Below are positions 60,961 to 64,000 of a DNA stretch of 64,000 nt, one piece after another. The DNA is from Selaginella moellendorffii (taxonomy: Eukaryota > Plantae > Lycopodiophyta). Location of the stretch: contig NW_003314367.1 in NCBI RefSeq assembly GCF_000143415.4, positions 1-64,000 of the forward strand. Direction: 5' to 3'. Within the stretch, counting starts at the first letter, position 1. The number at the start of each line of letters is the position of its first letter. Position numbers and translations under genes: made by a program. The notes beneath the pieces are model-generated. The model was not told where the DNA came from. It did not search any database and saw nothing but the letters and a program-made list of their open reading frames with translations.

Positions 60961-63900
60961 CAAGAGTCTCTACCTTGATGCATATTGGAAATGATGGTCT
61001 TACAAATGGTGAGTTGTGGGATGGATAGCGGTGAAACGCTAAACCATTTTGTCTAAGCTTACTATTGGAAACTTGGGTCATAATGCTCAATTCTTTTTTG
61101 GGGAACCTTGCTATTGCTCCTTGAGTAGCTTGGTGTTGGATTAGTTGTGAGTTTGGTCGAAAAATGAGTGGCATGAGCTTGTTTGTGTTGTGAATAAAAG
61201 ATAGTGGTGTTGAGTGTTGTAAATCTCTTTTGGTGGGGTGTGGCACTTATGTTGCATTTTGTCGAAGCGAGTTGGCACTTGATACTCACATAAACCTTTG
61301 AAGTAATGACATGGGCATTGTTTGTGGTATTGCTCAATTGATGATCTAGTCATTGTGATACTTATATTATATCCATGTGATAATGAGTAATGTGTTTACG
61401 AAGTTGCTTGGATGATGATCAACCCCAAAGTGGTTGATGGAGAAGCTAGTCTATTTGCACGAAGTAATATTGTAGTAGCTTTGACTGGATTCTTGCTGGT
61501 GGTCCATTATGCTAAGTTTAAGTTGGTTCTTAGTTCCTTGAGTTGACCCATTGTGGTATTAGGAAAGGGTTATAGTGTTCACTTGCTATGGCTTGTTAGT
61601 TTATCTATTAACACTTGGAGTAGATTATTGGATGGAGAAGGTGTGCAGTTGAGGCATTGACATTGCTAGCACTTGTGTTAGTTGAAGTGGCATTGTTATT
61701 TCGAGTGATGAGGAGTTTTTCCTTGGAGTTTAATTTTTCATGTCATTTTTCTTATTAGTGTTTTGGTTTCACATTGGAACTTGAAGGTGATTGAAGAAGA
61801 GTGTTAGTGCAATATGGATATCCGAAAATATGGTCTTCGTGATCAAGCCTTGGATGTTCATTTTGCATTTTGCGGATGTCGGTGTTGGATGTTAGAAAAA
61901 CGGGCAAAAATGTTCGATGCTTAAGCATGCTATTGGGTCTTGAGAATTTTTGTTGAGGTGAAACTATGTGAAGTTGTTAGTAGGAGGAAGTTGGTTGAGT
62001 CTTGGAAGTTTGCATTCCTAGACTTAGAATCATTCTTTCTCTAGGATGAAATTTTTTTCACAAATTTTCTTAAGCTTTCCCAATGGCTGATCTATTAATC
62101 ACTTTGCTCGAAACCATTCCATTTTTGAAAGCCAGTACAAACTAGTGAAGGGGTTGGAATTGACTTCGGTTGGCTTGGATCTTAGTAAGTAGTTTTTATG
62201 ATGCGGCTCAAAAGGGATGCTAACATTTGGGGCTAAGGCAATTGAGTTGATATAGAAAAGTGGCTATGCACTTTTCTAAAAAGGGTGACCATTGTGCCTT
62301 TGTTCTATAGCGTTGTGCTTGGTGGCAAGTTGCACCTTGCATTTGTTAGATTCTATGAGAGTAGTGAACTCTCATTGATCTTGATTTAATCTTGGTAGCC
62401 CTACACCTTGGCTAAGGAAAGTGATATCCAACTTAGTTATTTAAGGTTAAGATGTTGATATCCGTACTATAGCTTTGTCTATGAAGAAGTTGTGTACCAA
62501 TATGAGTCCATCTCATGGTCTTCATTTTAGTTTTGACTAAATGTTGGTCATGCATATCTAGCCTCTTCAAGGCATGCTTAGAGCCGTTGGCTAAACACAT
62601 TGGTGAGCTTATTGCGGTTGAGTTGGATTTGAATGGTCATTTAATTTGTGCTTGTTTATAAACCTTTATCTCATACATGAGGTATTACATTCATGTTGAA
62701 CAAGTATATGACTTGATAACAAGAGTTGGTGTTTGGGTCTTGTGAAAGCAAGTTGAAAGAGTGATTGTTAGTTGCTTGACAACTAATGGTTGCTTGTAGA
62801 CTTTGTCGAAGACTGTTTGACACTTGCTTCTCTTGATGATGATTTAACAACAAAGGGCTTGCTTTACTGGATGGTGTTGCAGAGGATTGTGACGTTAGAT
62901 TTACATGGTTTTTCCATGTTAGTATATCAATTTTACCTTTGTCAATATCATTTGGTTGCACTTAGTTCATAATATTGGATTTCATTAAATTTTGGATGTG
63001 GTGATTCATTCCTTGATGATGTGTTATCTGTAACTAAGTATTGTTGAAGAATTGGTTTCAAATATTGATTAAAATATCTTTGACTTTGGTTAGTTTAGTT
63101 GTTAGAGAGTTTTGAGTGGTGATTTCACTCTTGCTTTCTTCTAGCTTTGTTTGGTGTTGATGGCATTGAAGTGATGCCTTATCATTGACATTGTTGATAT
63201 TGAGATTCAAGTGAAATGAGATGTCTTTCCATAGAATTGATTTTGAGTTTCATTAGTCTCAATAAAAATAGTGTTAATGGTTTGGTTGTAGTTTTATGTT
63301 GTTGGCATTTTGTACAATTGTTAGTTAGCAATTGTATTAACATTCAAATGAACTGAGTGGCAAATTAAGTTGTGTTTTAAACAAGATTGTTTAGTAGAGG
63401 TTGAGCTTTAGTTTTTCCTTGAAAAGTGGTTTAGTCGTGAACTATGCTAACTTTACAAGCGGAAGAGTTAGTGATTGATATTGAAGTGATTGAATCTTTG
63501 TTGGATTTGAGTTGGGATATATCAATCATTGATGATTTTTTTTATGCTTGTTATGAAGTGAGTTACATCTTACTATAGATGGATTCATGGAGGATCATTT
63601 GGTTCTCACTTATTGAGCATAACTTAATTGTGTTTAGTTTTTGAATTGATGCAAATATGCTCTTCATTAACTTTGGCATTATGAAGCTTAGCTTATGGAT
63701 GTGTTGAGGAGAATATTGTGGGTTGTACCATGATTTCTTCTTTAGCACGTGTTATAGATCTTCATATAGATTTCTTCATAGCACATTACTCAAGTTAGTT
63801 CTGATAGATTAAAATGTTATCTCTTTCGGATGATACATTAGCGAGCATTATGCTTGTCAGTTAAGGATACTTTGTATTCTTTGAGTTATCTTTGGTAAGT

Positions 63901-64000
63901 TGTTTAGCATACTGTTTACAATCTTCGGTAATTAAGTTTTCTCATTGAGTTTTCTTGATGATACACTTGCTATTGAATTTTGTTGAATAGTGAATCCTAT
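60961..64000 (+). mobile_element. Non-coding LTR element copy 3, right part (runs off the window)
   Basis: Colinear with 36067-38670 and with the reverse of 39580-40490; more diverged than copies 1 and 2. Confidence 0.9.

Overview
Eukaryotic plant nuclear DNA, most likely a compact lycophyte genome of the Selaginella type. That assignment is inferred from ~50-80 bp GT-AG introns, very short intergenic gaps, PLS-PPR debris and the repeat types, and is not proven. 1-7.1 kb: TA microsatellite, PPR and unknown-gene pseudogene fragments, and old Ty3/gypsy remnants. 7.6-29.8 kb is a gene-dense block: tRNA-Ser(AGA), an intact 384-aa Cys/Met-metabolism PLP enzyme, an HflX pseudogene, coatomer alpha, a lectin-type receptor kinase, a degenerate DEAD-box-like gene, a kinesin fragment, ALY/REF, a 4/1 coiled-coil homologue and an MBD protein with EAR-like motifs, plus several hairpins. 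31.6-64 kb is a transposon nest: a SWIM-finger remnant, a small Cassandra-like TRIM whose LTRs carry a 5S rRNA internal promoter, three copies of a ~5 kb non-coding LTR element (two forming a 3.4 kb inverted repeat, with fold-back palindromes and a telomere-repeat scar), a second TRIM, and a five-layer nest resolvable by target-site duplications (non-coding LTR element > solo LTR > chromovirus > deleted chromovirus > 5'-truncated LINE). There are two N gaps (5435-5646, 59761-59860). All protein identities come from recalled motifs, not database searches.
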